A DNA stretch of 64,000 nt from positions 1,206 to 65,205 of IMG/VR virus record IMGVR_UViG_3300023210_000001. The stretch is one strand, 5' to 3'. This document shows positions 1 to 8,326 of this stretch, in pieces. The notes below the pieces were generated by a model. The model had not been told where the DNA came from and did no database searches. It worked only from the letters and a program-made list of their open reading frames with translations. A program made the position numbers and the translations under genes. The stretch comes from a virus. Its lineage: Duplodnaviria; Caudoviricetes. Positions within the stretch are counted from its first letter, which is position 1, and every line of letters begins with the position of its first letter.

Positions 1-4
1 CGGA

Positions 5-101
5 GGTGCGATGCAATTTTCTGAAATGAGAGATCGACCGGAAAGCGTTGTTCCTGTTGAACTTAGACGGGAATTGTCATTTCAGAAAATTGCATCGCAC
101 C
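5..101. repeat. ~95-bp inverted-repeat element, copy 1 of 6
   Basis: Arms GGTGCGATGCAATTTTCTGAAATGA and TCATTTCAGAAAATTGCATCGCACC flank a conserved core TCGACCGGAAAGCGTTGTTCCTGTTGAACTTAG. Confidence 0.9.
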
Positions 102-109
102 GTCGGGGA

Positions 110-840
110 ATCGGACTTCCCGACAGAACGGTCCGAAGTTTCATCCGTTAGATCAGGAATCCGACTTCCCGAGAGATCGCTCCGAAGTTTCATCCGTTAG
201 ATCAGGAATCGGACTTCCCGACAGATCGGTCCGAAGTTTCATCCGTTAGACCAGGGATCGGACTTCCCGACAGAACGGTCCGAAGTTTCATCCGTTAGAC
301 CAGGGATCGGACTTCCCGACAGATCGGTCCGAAGTTTCATCCGTTAGACCAGGGATCGGACTTCCCGACAGATCGCTCCGAAGTTTCATCCGTTAGATCA
401 GGAATCGGACTTCCCGACAGATCGGTCCGAAGTTTCATCCGTTAGACCAGGGATCGGACTTCCCGACAGATCGGTCCGAAGTTTCATCCGTTAGATCAGG
501 AATCGGACTTCCCGACAGATCGGTCCGAAGTTTCATCCGTTAGACCAGGGATCGGACTTCCCGACAGATCGGTCCGAAGTTTCATCCGTTAGACCAGGAA
601 TCGGACTTCCCGACAGATCGCTCCGAAGTTTCATCCGTTAGACCAGGAATCGGACTTCCCGACAGATCGCTCCGAAGTTTCATCCGTTAGACCAGGAATC
701 GGACTTCCCGACAGATCGCTCCGAAGTTTCATCCGTTAGACCAGGGATCGGACTTCCCGACAGATCGCTCCGAAGTTTCATCCGTTAGACCAGGGATCGG
801 ACTTCCCGACAGATCGCTCCGAAGTTTCATCCGTTAGATA
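110..840. repeat. 49-bp tandem repeat array, about 15 units
   Basis: Unit ATCGGACTTCCCGACAGATCG(G/C)TCCGAAGTTTCATCCGTTAGA(C/T)CAGG(A/G) starts at 110, 159, 208 ... 796; no spacers. Confidence 0.97.
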
Positions 841-1070
841 GCGAAGGGAGGCGGAGGAAAGCGAAGGAAAGCGGAGGAAAGCGAAGGAAAGCGAAGGAAA
901 GCGAAGGAAAGCGGAGGAAAGCGAAGGAAAGCGGAGGAAAGCGAAGGAAAGCGAAGGAAAGCGGAGGAAAGCGAAGGAAAGCGGAGGAAAGCGGAGGAAA
1001 GCGAAGGAAAGCGAAGGAAAGCGGAGGAAAGCGGTGGGAGGCGGAGGAAAGCGAAGGAAAGCGGAGGAAA
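841..1070. repeat. 10-bp purine-rich microsatellite (GGAAAGCGAA/GGAAAGCGGA)n
   Basis: Directly visible tandem decamers. Confidence 0.95.
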
Positions 1071-1133
1071 CAGGAATCGGGCTTCCCGCCGGGAGGGTCG
1101 ATCCCTCCCGGTTTGGGTTTTTGATTGGAGCCT

Positions 1134-1370
1134 TTAGGCTCCTTCCCTGACGGCGTTGTTCAAATCGTCGCAACAATCTCCGGCGTTCGCATGGTTACGG
1201 CCTCGACCGTCGGTGCCGTCAATGGCGGTATGGCTCTGAACTTCTCCGGTGAAAACCCAGCCTTCTTTGAGGACGATGACCCAGCCTCCCCATTGTCCAT
1301 TCTTGGCAAACTCTTCCACCCGAGGATCGTTTCTGATGTCTTTCTTGGTTCTGGCTTTCTTGTGGGTCAT
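1134..1370 (-). CDS. small cassette protein homologous to the C-terminal extension of the IbrB-like protein
   Basis: ATG follows the promoter cassette and leader; shares DPRVEE..IVL(K/R)EGWVF..C..LN with 1494..2231. Confidence 0.75.
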   Translation of the reverse strand: MTHKKARTKKDIRNDPRVEEFAKNGQWGGWVIVLKEGWVFTGEVQSHTAIDGTDGRGRNHANAGDCCDDLNNAVREGA

Positions 1371-1400
1371 GGTTTTCTTCTTTCGTTTCGTTTCCTCGTT

Positions 1401-1462
1401 GAGGGAAGAACCTTTCCTCCCTCTCATAAAAACAAGTATAGAGGAAATCTGAGAAGAGTCAA
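1401..1462 (-). promoter_or_regulatory. repeated promoter-hairpin cassette 1
   Basis: TTGACT-16bp-TATACT followed by hairpin GAGGGAGGAA-AGG-TTCTTCCCTC. Confidence 0.85.
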
Positions 1463-1493
1463 CCCTATTTCTGATATTTCTCGAAAGTTATTT

Positions 1494-2231
1494 TCAGCGT
1501 GATTCCGCTGAATTCAACTCCTGGCACAGGGTGCCAACGCTGCCAGATGCCGCCGTCTTCCCATTCCTGAAAACCCATCCCTCCCTCAAAACGATACTCG
1601 CCGGTTCTCCCCCTCGCTTCGGCTTCGCCTCTTCCACCCTCGGATCGTGGACAAGCCCATCCCAACTTCCGACCCTTCTGAATTCTGGTCGCTCTTTGCC
1701 TGTGAACTTGTTCGGTTTGCTGTGATCTGGAACCCAACCGCTTCCGAATGATTCAGAACCTTTGCTTTCTGGAGATCCTGACGAGTCATACAAACGGACA
1801 ATCTCTTCCTCTTCCATCCCGAGTTGCACCTGTAGCCATTTGTCCGAGACATCGTGGTCGTCTTTTAGAGTCCGAATAATATCAGCCATCGCCATGATGT
1901 AATGCGTTCCCCGGGCACGATTGTGAGTGATCGTCGCCGAGATCTGCTCCGGCACACTAACCTTCGGCAACATTACCACCGGAACCATCTCGCCAGTGTG
2001 TGCAGCAATCCGAGGATCTGACGATGCCAACCAGCGATGATAACCATCGACGATCTCGTTGTTTTCCCGGATGACAATTGGCTGAGTCCATCCGCAGGTC
2101 AGTATCGAAGCCACGAGAAGTTCCATCTCTCTCGGAGCAACCTTGTTCGGGTTGTACCCGTTCGGGTTCAGTTCGAAACGGTTGACCCATCGGACGCTAC
2201 TTACTGGCTGCGATTCGTGATTTTTCAGCAT
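1494..2231 (-). CDS. ParB/sulfiredoxin-like protein (IbrB-like) with a C-terminal extension
   Basis: PVSSVRWV, PNGYNPNKVAPREMELL..SI..GWTQPIV, IVDGYHRW, TITHNRARGTH. Confidence 0.85.
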   Translation of the reverse strand: MLKNHESQPVSSVRWVNRFELNPNGYNPNKVAPREMELLVASILTCGWTQPIVIRENNEIVDGYHRWLASSDPRIAAHTGEMVPVVMLPKVSVPEQISATITHNRARGTHYIMAMADIIRTLKDDHDVSDKWLQVQLGMEEEEIVRLYDSSGSPESKGSESFGSGWVPDHSKPNKFTGKERPEFRRVGSWDGLVHDPRVEEAKPKRGGEPASIVLREGWVFRNGKTAASGSVGTLCQELNSAESR

Positions 2232-3390
2232 AGTACCTTTCGCTGCAAAGAAAGAACTCTCTGCTATTCGGGTCAACCGGACCCATCACCGCTTTCCTCT
2301 TCTTGAAGTCGCCCCGAAAAGCGAGCATGACGAGAAATTTCCACGATAAGCCGCTCACCGGATGCGGAACAGAAAGGATGGGATCTCTTGTTTTGTTGTG
2401 GTGCCTCTTGATCCAGGACCGCATCAACTCGGCGACCTCTGTCCGTTCTGACGGCCCCCATTTGCTTAGTATCGACACCGCAAACTCTTCCCAGGTAACG
2501 CCCTGCGGCTTTTCTGGAACTTCTCCGTAGGCATACAGTTTAGTACGACCATACATCGCCGCCGTCCCCGCACCTGGCACCCTCGACTGCATTTTGTCCC
2601 AGATGTCAGGCCAGCATTGTTTGTACTGCCACAAACCCCGCATCGGCTCGGCTCCGTATGGCGGGGCACACCGTTGTTGGCTCGGCTTGATCCCTGCACG
2701 ATCCATGACATCGTATGCAACATTGTAATCCCAGTCGAACCTTTTGGGAGCGGTCCACACATCCTCCGTCGTCCAGTCATAAATCGGGTAGACCTTGTAT
2801 TGATTGATTTCGGCATCAATTATGAACGCATTTTCTCGGTTGAGCGAATTCAGCATGACCCGCTGACGCATGAGGCTTTCATCTGCCCTGATCCCCATGA
2901 CGATGCCAACGCTTCCCCATGTACTCGGAGGAAATAAAATCCCGTGCATCTCTGGTATCGGTAGCCTTTCAGAGATCACATCCGAATCGTAATCAGGGAT
3001 CTTCGTGATCGCTTCTGGCGGCAGCGGCCTGACCCACTTGTCTTCGTCTTCGACTCCCCACGGATACCACACGGGACTCGCTGTGGAGCAAGCGTTCAAA
3101 TGTACCACCGGCAAACAGAGCCACTTCAAATCGACCATCGGATTTTTAGATACCCGCCGCACATAATTCTCGGTGTCATAAGGGATCGCTTCTTCGTCGT
3201 AAAAGTAGCACGGGACTCGATCAATTCCACGCTCTTGAGCGACCTCTAGCACGATGTTCAATACCGCCGTGCTGTCTTTTCCGCCGGAGAACATGACAAC
3301 GATATGATCGAGCAACTCGTATGCTCTGCGAACTCGATCGAGTGCGAGAGAATATACATCTTTGTTGATCGTTTGCTTTTCGCCGAGCAT
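2197..3390 (-). CDS. PAPS-reductase-like PP-loop protein (IbrA/DUF3440-like)
   Basis: FSGGKDS PP-loop, DEEAI, GIRADES..R, YPIYDWTTEDVW. Confidence 0.88.
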   Translation of the reverse strand: MLGEKQTINKDVYSLALDRVRRAYELLDHIVVMFSGGKDSTAVLNIVLEVAQERGIDRVPCYFYDEEAIPYDTENYVRRVSKNPMVDLKWLCLPVVHLNACSTASPVWYPWGVEDEDKWVRPLPPEAITKIPDYDSDVISERLPIPEMHGILFPPSTWGSVGIVMGIRADESLMRQRVMLNSLNRENAFIIDAEINQYKVYPIYDWTTEDVWTAPKRFDWDYNVAYDVMDRAGIKPSQQRCAPPYGAEPMRGLWQYKQCWPDIWDKMQSRVPGAGTAAMYGRTKLYAYGEVPEKPQGVTWEEFAVSILSKWGPSERTEVAELMRSWIKRHHNKTRDPILSVPHPVSGLSWKFLVMLAFRGDFKKRKAVMGPVDPNSREFFLCSERYYAEKSRIAASK

Positions 3391-4085
3391 TATTTTCCGT
3401 GATTGATGTAGGTCTTGTTGAGCATTGCATGATCTTCGTCAGTCGGTCCGGTGTCCGAGTCCGGGTGATATGCGATCACATCCATCATGTCCGCCGAAGT
3501 TCGAAATGAGTGCAACTCCTGCTCCTCCAACATGAACATCGCCCCTGTCATAAGCGGCTTTACCCATCCATCGTTGAAGTTGCTTTTTTCTTGCCACGCT
3601 TCGCCGACGCCCTTGATTACTAGCCCCATCCGGATCGATGGATGCGTGTGTTGAGTTTGAATCACGCCGCTCGGGAAATGCAGATAATTTAGAACTGGAT
3701 CGCCTTTTCGTGGCATCGGAACGAGTATGCTATCCGAGCATCCGTCGATATAGGACAACCGACCACGCTGTTCAACCTGTCCCATCATTGGAATCCCCTG
3801 GTATCCCAGCCGTTCTACTGTCCACATCCGAAAGGGGCGTTCCGCTGGCTTGCAAGACACGACAGAAATCTCGCCCGTAAATGCGAAGTAGTTCCCGGAG
3901 AGCAGCGACCACATCTGCCCGTTGGCAGCGATGGTACACTCCCCACCGATGACATATCCGAAAATCGTGGAACACCGCTGAGACAACTCGCTGATCGGTT
4001 GCTCGATCCATGTTGCGATTGTGGGGTACATCGAATCGGTGGCATCGATAGAATCCAAGTGCCGAGGATTGTCGATCAATTTCAT
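3390..4085 (-). CDS. cupin-fold protein
   Basis: LNYLHFP..QTQHTHPSIRMG..G.G and E.HSFRT metal-binding cupin motifs. Confidence 0.7.
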   Translation of the reverse strand: MKLIDNPRHLDSIDATDSMYPTIATWIEQPISELSQRCSTIFGYVIGGECTIAANGQMWSLLSGNYFAFTGEISVVSCKPAERPFRMWTVERLGYQGIPMMGQVEQRGRLSYIDGCSDSILVPMPRKGDPVLNYLHFPSGVIQTQHTHPSIRMGLVIKGVGEAWQEKSNFNDGWVKPLMTGAMFMLEEQELHSFRTSADMMDVIAYHPDSDTGPTDEDHAMLNKTYINHGK

Positions 4086-4089
4086 TTCT

Positions 4090-4776
4090 TCACCCCTTCT
4101 CGATTGAATCCATTTTTTCTCGAACAAGTTTTTCTAGCGACTGCGATACCGTCAGGAGTCCGTCGAGATCCTGTAAGCGTTTCAATGATTTCATGATATA
4201 CGAGCGTCCGGCTCTGGTAACTGTAAAAGCCAGCGAAACATATTCTTCGTCTTCCAGGGTGGATTCGGAAGACTTATCCGCAGAGCCGCCGCTTGCGTCC
4301 TCGATAATCGCCGACGAAAGGAAATCCGAAGCATCTTTGCCGTCTCCTTCCGTAACCATAAGAGACCCGATCTCATAATCAGCGAACCCAGTCGTCGCCA
4401 AGTCAAAAGAATCCGCCTCCAATCCTCGGAACAGATCACCGAGAATCTGGAAATCCCAGGTCGCCAGTTCTGCCGTCTTGTTGTCGGCGATCGCTCTGGC
4501 GATAGCGTTGACATTCGGTTCCTTGACGACGACCGCTGCGATCTTCGTCCAACCGAGACCCTTCGCCGCTTCGAGTCTCCCGTTGCCGATCCGAACGATC
4601 ATCCCTTCTTCCTGGACGACGATCGGTTGATGTTGTCCGAAGGTTTCGAGCGAGGTTTGAATCGCTTCCAGGTTTCGACGGTTATGTGTTCTTGCGTTCG
4701 TCGGATCGAGAGTCAGAGTCGAGACATCAACGAGTAACGGCTCCAACTGCTTCAAGACATTATGCTCCGTCGTCAT
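4090..4776 (-). CDS. ParB N-terminal domain protein
   Basis: LDPTNARTH, SLETFGQHQPIVV, GNGRLEAAKGLGW, IADNKTAELATWD. Confidence 0.85.
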   Translation of the reverse strand: MTTEHNVLKQLEPLLVDVSTLTLDPTNARTHNRRNLEAIQTSLETFGQHQPIVVQEEGMIVRIGNGRLEAAKGLGWTKIAAVVVKEPNVNAIARAIADNKTAELATWDFQILGDLFRGLEADSFDLATTGFADYEIGSLMVTEGDGKDASDFLSSAIIEDASGGSADKSSESTLEDEEYVSLAFTVTRAGRSYIMKSLKRLQDLDGLLTVSQSLEKLVREKMDSIEKG

Positions 4777-5380
4777 CGCTCTCCATTCCGATGAACCCGT
4801 CGATGTTGACCTCGATCGAGTTCAAGTCCGTTTGATTGTCGAGATCGCCGAGCAACCCGTCGATCGTTGCGGCGTACTTGTCGAGATCGACGGCGAATCG
4901 GAGCCAGGGTATCATCGATCTGTCGATTTGCTCATAGGTGATTTTCTTTTTCGAGGCGACCTCGTTCTTCATGGCATCGAACGATGTCTCTTCGGAGACG
5001 ACCGGGATTCCCAATCCGCCCGAATCGACAAACTCTTTTCGGAGGTTTTGAACCTGGCCCATCGCAATCTGTCGGAGTTTGTCGACGAACGCTCGGTGTT
5101 GAGCCATGCGACGGACCTTGCCCGCCTCGTCCATGCAGACTTGCGAGTAGATATCGAGACCGTGGATCACCTGTCGCTGAGTGAAGTCGTGTCCCTGTTT
5201 CTTTTCGTGTTTGATGATCTCCGGGATCGACGCTCCGAGGAGCCGCATTTCCCACCATCGGGAATATCGTTCTTCCTGTTCGACTGGTAGCGACTCGATC
5301 GGTTGTTTCAACTTTCTCTTCCCGGCAAGTCGACCCAGCAACCCGTTCGCCTCGGGTTTCATTTTCGGCGGTTCAGGCAT
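4760..5380 (-). CDS. putative terminase small subunit / HTH protein
   Basis: HTH-like RLLGASIPEI..TQRQV; lies before the ParB/modification block; start re-called at MPEPPK, which overlaps the upstream stop. Confidence 0.5.
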   Translation of the reverse strand: MPEPPKMKPEANGLLGRLAGKRKLKQPIESLPVEQEERYSRWWEMRLLGASIPEIIKHEKKQGHDFTQRQVIHGLDIYSQVCMDEAGKVRRMAQHRAFVDKLRQIAMGQVQNLRKEFVDSGGLGIPVVSEETSFDAMKNEVASKKKITYEQIDRSMIPWLRFAVDLDKYAATIDGLLGDLDNQTDLNSIEVNIDGFIGMESDDDGA

Positions 5381-5849
5381 CGTCGTCAATCTCAAAACGA
5401 ACCGAGGGCGAAAGGTATTCCGACGCCGTTTGGCTGTAACTGTAGATGTTCGGGTTTTGCATCGTGAAGATCCAATGGTCGACGAGCGGAATGTCGAGCA
5501 GTTTACCGAGCCAGGACAAGGCACAGGTCGCCGAATGATCCGCCGCTGAAGGTTCCTTGCTGAGACTGTGAGTGTGGGCGAAGACCCAGCCGTACCCGAA
5601 CGCCTCGGGATCCGCCGATAATATCTGGACGATATCGGCGAACGGAACTCGAATCGAATCCTCGTCCGATCCTTCAGTCCAGATCCGGAAAGCGTGGTCG
5701 CCGTGACCGACGACTCCGATGATCGCACATTGCTCTTTGTCGGATTCGTTCTTTTGGAATTCTCGGAGCAGTCTTACGATCGCTTCGTCGGCGTTCTCCG
5801 CTCCGCCGAAGGCTTCGTGGACTCTAGGCGAGACAATAGATCGAAAAGG
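5373..5849 (-). CDS. RadC-like JAB/MPN domain frame without a canonical start (absent from the ORF track)
   Basis: Manual translation: KEQCAIIG...VFAHTHSLSKEPSAADHSATCALSWLGKLLDIPLVDHWIF; frame open from a stop near 5991 to TGA at 5373. Confidence 0.75.
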   Translation of the reverse strand, partial: PFRSIVSPRVHEAFGGAENADEAIVRLLREFQKNESDKEQCAIIGVVGHGDHAFRIWTEGSDEDSIRVPFADIVQILSADPEAFGYGWVFAHTHSLSKEPSAADHSATCALSWLGKLLDIPLVDHWIFTMQNPNIYSYSQTASEYLSPSVRFEIDDDA

Positions 5850-6094
5850 TCTTCCTTGTTCCTCACCGCCTCCGCTACCCCACCAGAGCGTTCGATCTGT
5901 CCTATCCTGTGATGCTGGATCTTCGATATCTTCCCCTTGCTCGTCTTCAGTTCGATTCCGACAAATCGACCGTGGATCGAAGCCAGGATGTCAGGCGTTC
6001 CCGCTTCGACCGGAGGACAGATCACGATAGCGTAGTGTCCTCGATCTCGTAACTCTCGGACAGCCCACGCTTGCAGTCTGGACTCGGTTCCCAC
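5774..6094 (-). CDS. VRR-NUC nuclease
   Basis: E..LQ, GTPDIL, GRFVGIELKT..GK.S..Q, GG.A..VR. Confidence 0.88.
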   Translation of the reverse strand: MGTESRLQAWAVRELRDRGHYAIVICPPVEAGTPDILASIHGRFVGIELKTSKGKISKIQHHRIGQIERSGGVAEAVRNKEDLFDLLSRLESTKPSAERRTPTKRS

Positions 6095-6465
6095 TCTTCC
6101 CCGGCTTCCCCGTTGACCCTGTGTCGTCGAGGCTCAGCGTGTCCGAGTTCGGTCTTCTTGTCAAGTACAGCGGATGCCGGGACGATCTTGTTGAAATACA
6201 CGATCGACTTCGTTCGTAGTGCCCTAGCGATCTCGTGAGCCTCTCGATGTCCGTCCGTGAACGAGAACTTCTGTCCAGGTCGAGCGTCGAGGTACGGTGC
6301 GTCCGGGTCGATCTCGTCTTCCCCGACTTCGGTCTTCCAGACCAAGATTCGCCAGAGCGACGATCTCGTCGAAGGTTTTTCGAACTCGTTTCGATCTCCG
6401 TCGAAAAACAATTCGACGATCACGGCGTCACTTTTCGAGTTTGCCGATATTCTGAATCTCCCCAT
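6022..6465 (-). CDS. hypothetical protein
   Basis: ORF packed in the operon after the vWA gene. Confidence 0.55.
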   Translation of the reverse strand: MGRFRISANSKSDAVIVELFFDGDRNEFEKPSTRSSLWRILVWKTEVGEDEIDPDAPYLDARPGQKFSFTDGHREAHEIARALRTKSIVYFNKIVPASAVLDKKTELGHAEPRRHRVNGEAGEEWEPSPDCKRGLSESYEIEDTTLS

Positions 6466-6467
6466 GT

Positions 6468-7859
6468 CTAACCTTTCAACCAGTCAAGCCCGGTCCCACG
6501 ATCTGCGATGTCTTTCAGAATGAACCGGACGCCTTTTTCGAGTTCTTCGATGTTTTCCATGTTCTCATAAAGTCTCGACTTGTGATCCGATTCCGGGATC
6601 GTCGACATCCCGAACCCGAGTTGACTCTTATCGGGTCCGGCTCCGGCAAGGATCCTCATGATGTATCCGCTGGTACAATAGTTCAAAACGAAAGACCGAA
6701 CGCCTTTCTCGTCGAACTCTTTTTTCTTGGCGACCGTCCGCTCGAACGATCGAGGATTCCGTTCTGTTGCTTCGGCTGCACCGTCGGTCAACCAGACGAC
6801 ATCGGCGTTCTTCATTCCTTCTTCTTCGAGGATCTCCGTCGCCGCCGTCAGGGCCACGAGGAACCCGGTTCCGCCTCTCGGTTGGATCTTCAACAGTCTT
6901 TGAAGATCCCCGAGGTCGCACACTCCTCGATCGTTCGAGCGGACGATTCGTTTCCTGTCCACCGAGGAGGTAAACGGTGCGACGACGAATCGGCGACCCG
7001 ACTCTCGGCAAGATTCCATCAACCCGAAAGCCGTCGCAAGGGCCAGATCGCATCGATTGAAATCTTCGATTCGTCTTCGCATTGATCCCGAGGTGTCCAA
7101 CATTACCAGAACAGGGCCGAGACCGTCTCCGCCGTCTTCTTCGCCGGAAGTGATCTCCAGCGTTCCGTCGGCGAGATCCTGAGCGATCATCTCCGGCGTT
7201 CTGGTCACGAGGTATCCGGTGTCGGCGAGTCCTATGTCGTCGCCCAGGTCGACCGTCGACGCCGTTGTCGAGGAGTCGATCGAGTCGTCGAGCAGATCGC
7301 TCTGAATCTTCTCGACTCGTCCGAAGGCTTTGAACAGTTCTACCAATCTCGGATTCTCTCGGATCGTCGCCGCCAGAGCGATTCTTTTCTGAGACAATGC
7401 GGAGACCTCGCCGACGACCGAATCGTCTTCATCTTTCTTCGTCAGGTCTTCGATCTTCTTCGTAAAATCAGAGATCACGGTCAGGTCGCCGCTGGCGGAT
7501 TCGACCGCCGCTGAAATCCGTCCGTCGGTCAACTGTAATTCGAGGATCTCGTACAGCGACAACATTCCCATCGCCGCCGTCGACGGGTTGAGGACCGTCA
7601 TCGCTCGAATGGTTTCGAACGATGGGGTCTCGACGATCTGCAAGATCGCTCTGGTCAACGGATCATTTCCCGGAAGAATCTCCGGACGAACCGTCGAGTA
7701 GAGAAGAACGAACAAATCTTTCGGAGTCTCTTCGATTCCCGGAGGGAAAGGCGAAGCGTTACCGAAACAGCCTACCTTGATTCCGGCTCCGGTCAGATAT
7801 TCCTCGACCAGTCCGAACATGATCGTCGAAGCGTTGGTGGTTCTCGTCAGTCTCGACAT
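6468..7859 (-). CDS. vWA domain protein (ViaA/CoxE-like)
   Basis: MIDAS motif LDTSGSM, GGT.F, VVWLTDG. Confidence 0.88.
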   Translation of the reverse strand: MSRLTRTTNASTIMFGLVEEYLTGAGIKVGCFGNASPFPPGIEETPKDLFVLLYSTVRPEILPGNDPLTRAILQIVETPSFETIRAMTVLNPSTAAMGMLSLYEILELQLTDGRISAAVESASGDLTVISDFTKKIEDLTKKDEDDSVVGEVSALSQKRIALAATIRENPRLVELFKAFGRVEKIQSDLLDDSIDSSTTASTVDLGDDIGLADTGYLVTRTPEMIAQDLADGTLEITSGEEDGGDGLGPVLVMLDTSGSMRRRIEDFNRCDLALATAFGLMESCRESGRRFVVAPFTSSVDRKRIVRSNDRGVCDLGDLQRLLKIQPRGGTGFLVALTAATEILEEEGMKNADVVWLTDGAAEATERNPRSFERTVAKKKEFDEKGVRSFVLNYCTSGYIMRILAGAGPDKSQLGFGMSTIPESDHKSRLYENMENIEELEKGVRFILKDIADRGTGLDWLKG

Positions 7860-8206
7860 TATTCGCCTCCCGTCATGTCGGCGATCAGAAAGGTCTCCGA
7901 GGAGACAGCGATCTTGTCGGCGTCGGTTGCGATGTCCACGGTCAACGAAACCTTGTCGGCGATCAGGAGATCGCCGGGTTGAGGATCGTTGTAGTAGTAG
8001 ACATCCTCGGGATCCGCAGCGTTGACGATCTTCACCGCCACGAAACGAGAGTAGTCAAAAGAATCGCAGTGCGGGAGTCGGTAGATCGAGGCAACTTCGG
8101 TCGGGAAGACGGCGTTGCGGTTTGCGATCAGGATTTCAAGAACGGCGATTTCTTCCGCCGTCTTCTCGATCTTGTTCGTCGGGGTCTCGGAAAGGCGATT
8201 CGACAT
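7859..8206 (-). CDS. small cassette protein between the AAA and vWA genes
   Basis: ATG (MSNRL) follows cassette 2; its stop overlaps the vWA start. Confidence 0.7.
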   Translation of the reverse strand: MSNRLSETPTNKIEKTAEEIAVLEILIANRNAVFPTEVASIYRLPHCDSFDYSRFVAVKIVNAADPEDVYYYNDPQPGDLLIADKVSLTVDIATDADKIAVSSETFLIADMTGGE

Positions 8207-8235
8207 TGTTCCTTCTTTCGTTTCGTTTTCTCTTC

Positions 8236-8297
8236 GAGGGAAGAACCTTTCCTCCCTCTCATAAAAACAAGTATAGGGCAAATCTGAGAAGAGTCAA
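8236..8297 (-). promoter_or_regulatory. repeated promoter-hairpin cassette 2
   Basis: TTGACT-16-TATACT plus hairpin. Confidence 0.85.
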
Positions 8298-8326
8298 CCC
8301 TATTTTCGAACTTTCTCCGAAAGTAT

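Noticed and set aside
110-840. CRISPR array
   Set aside because: The units are contiguous near-identical 49-mers with no unique spacers, and no cas genes are present
778-1176. Low-complexity ORFs over the 10-bp microsatellites (also 48893-49756, 50897-51431 and 63569-63933)
   Set aside because: The frames are open only because the repeat lacks stop codons; there is no RBS or protein-like composition
5381-5728. N-terminal extension of ORF 4760..5728 in the track
   Set aside because: Arg/Ser-rich off-frame reading; the coding signal here is the JAB-like frame, and the downstream gene more likely starts at 5380
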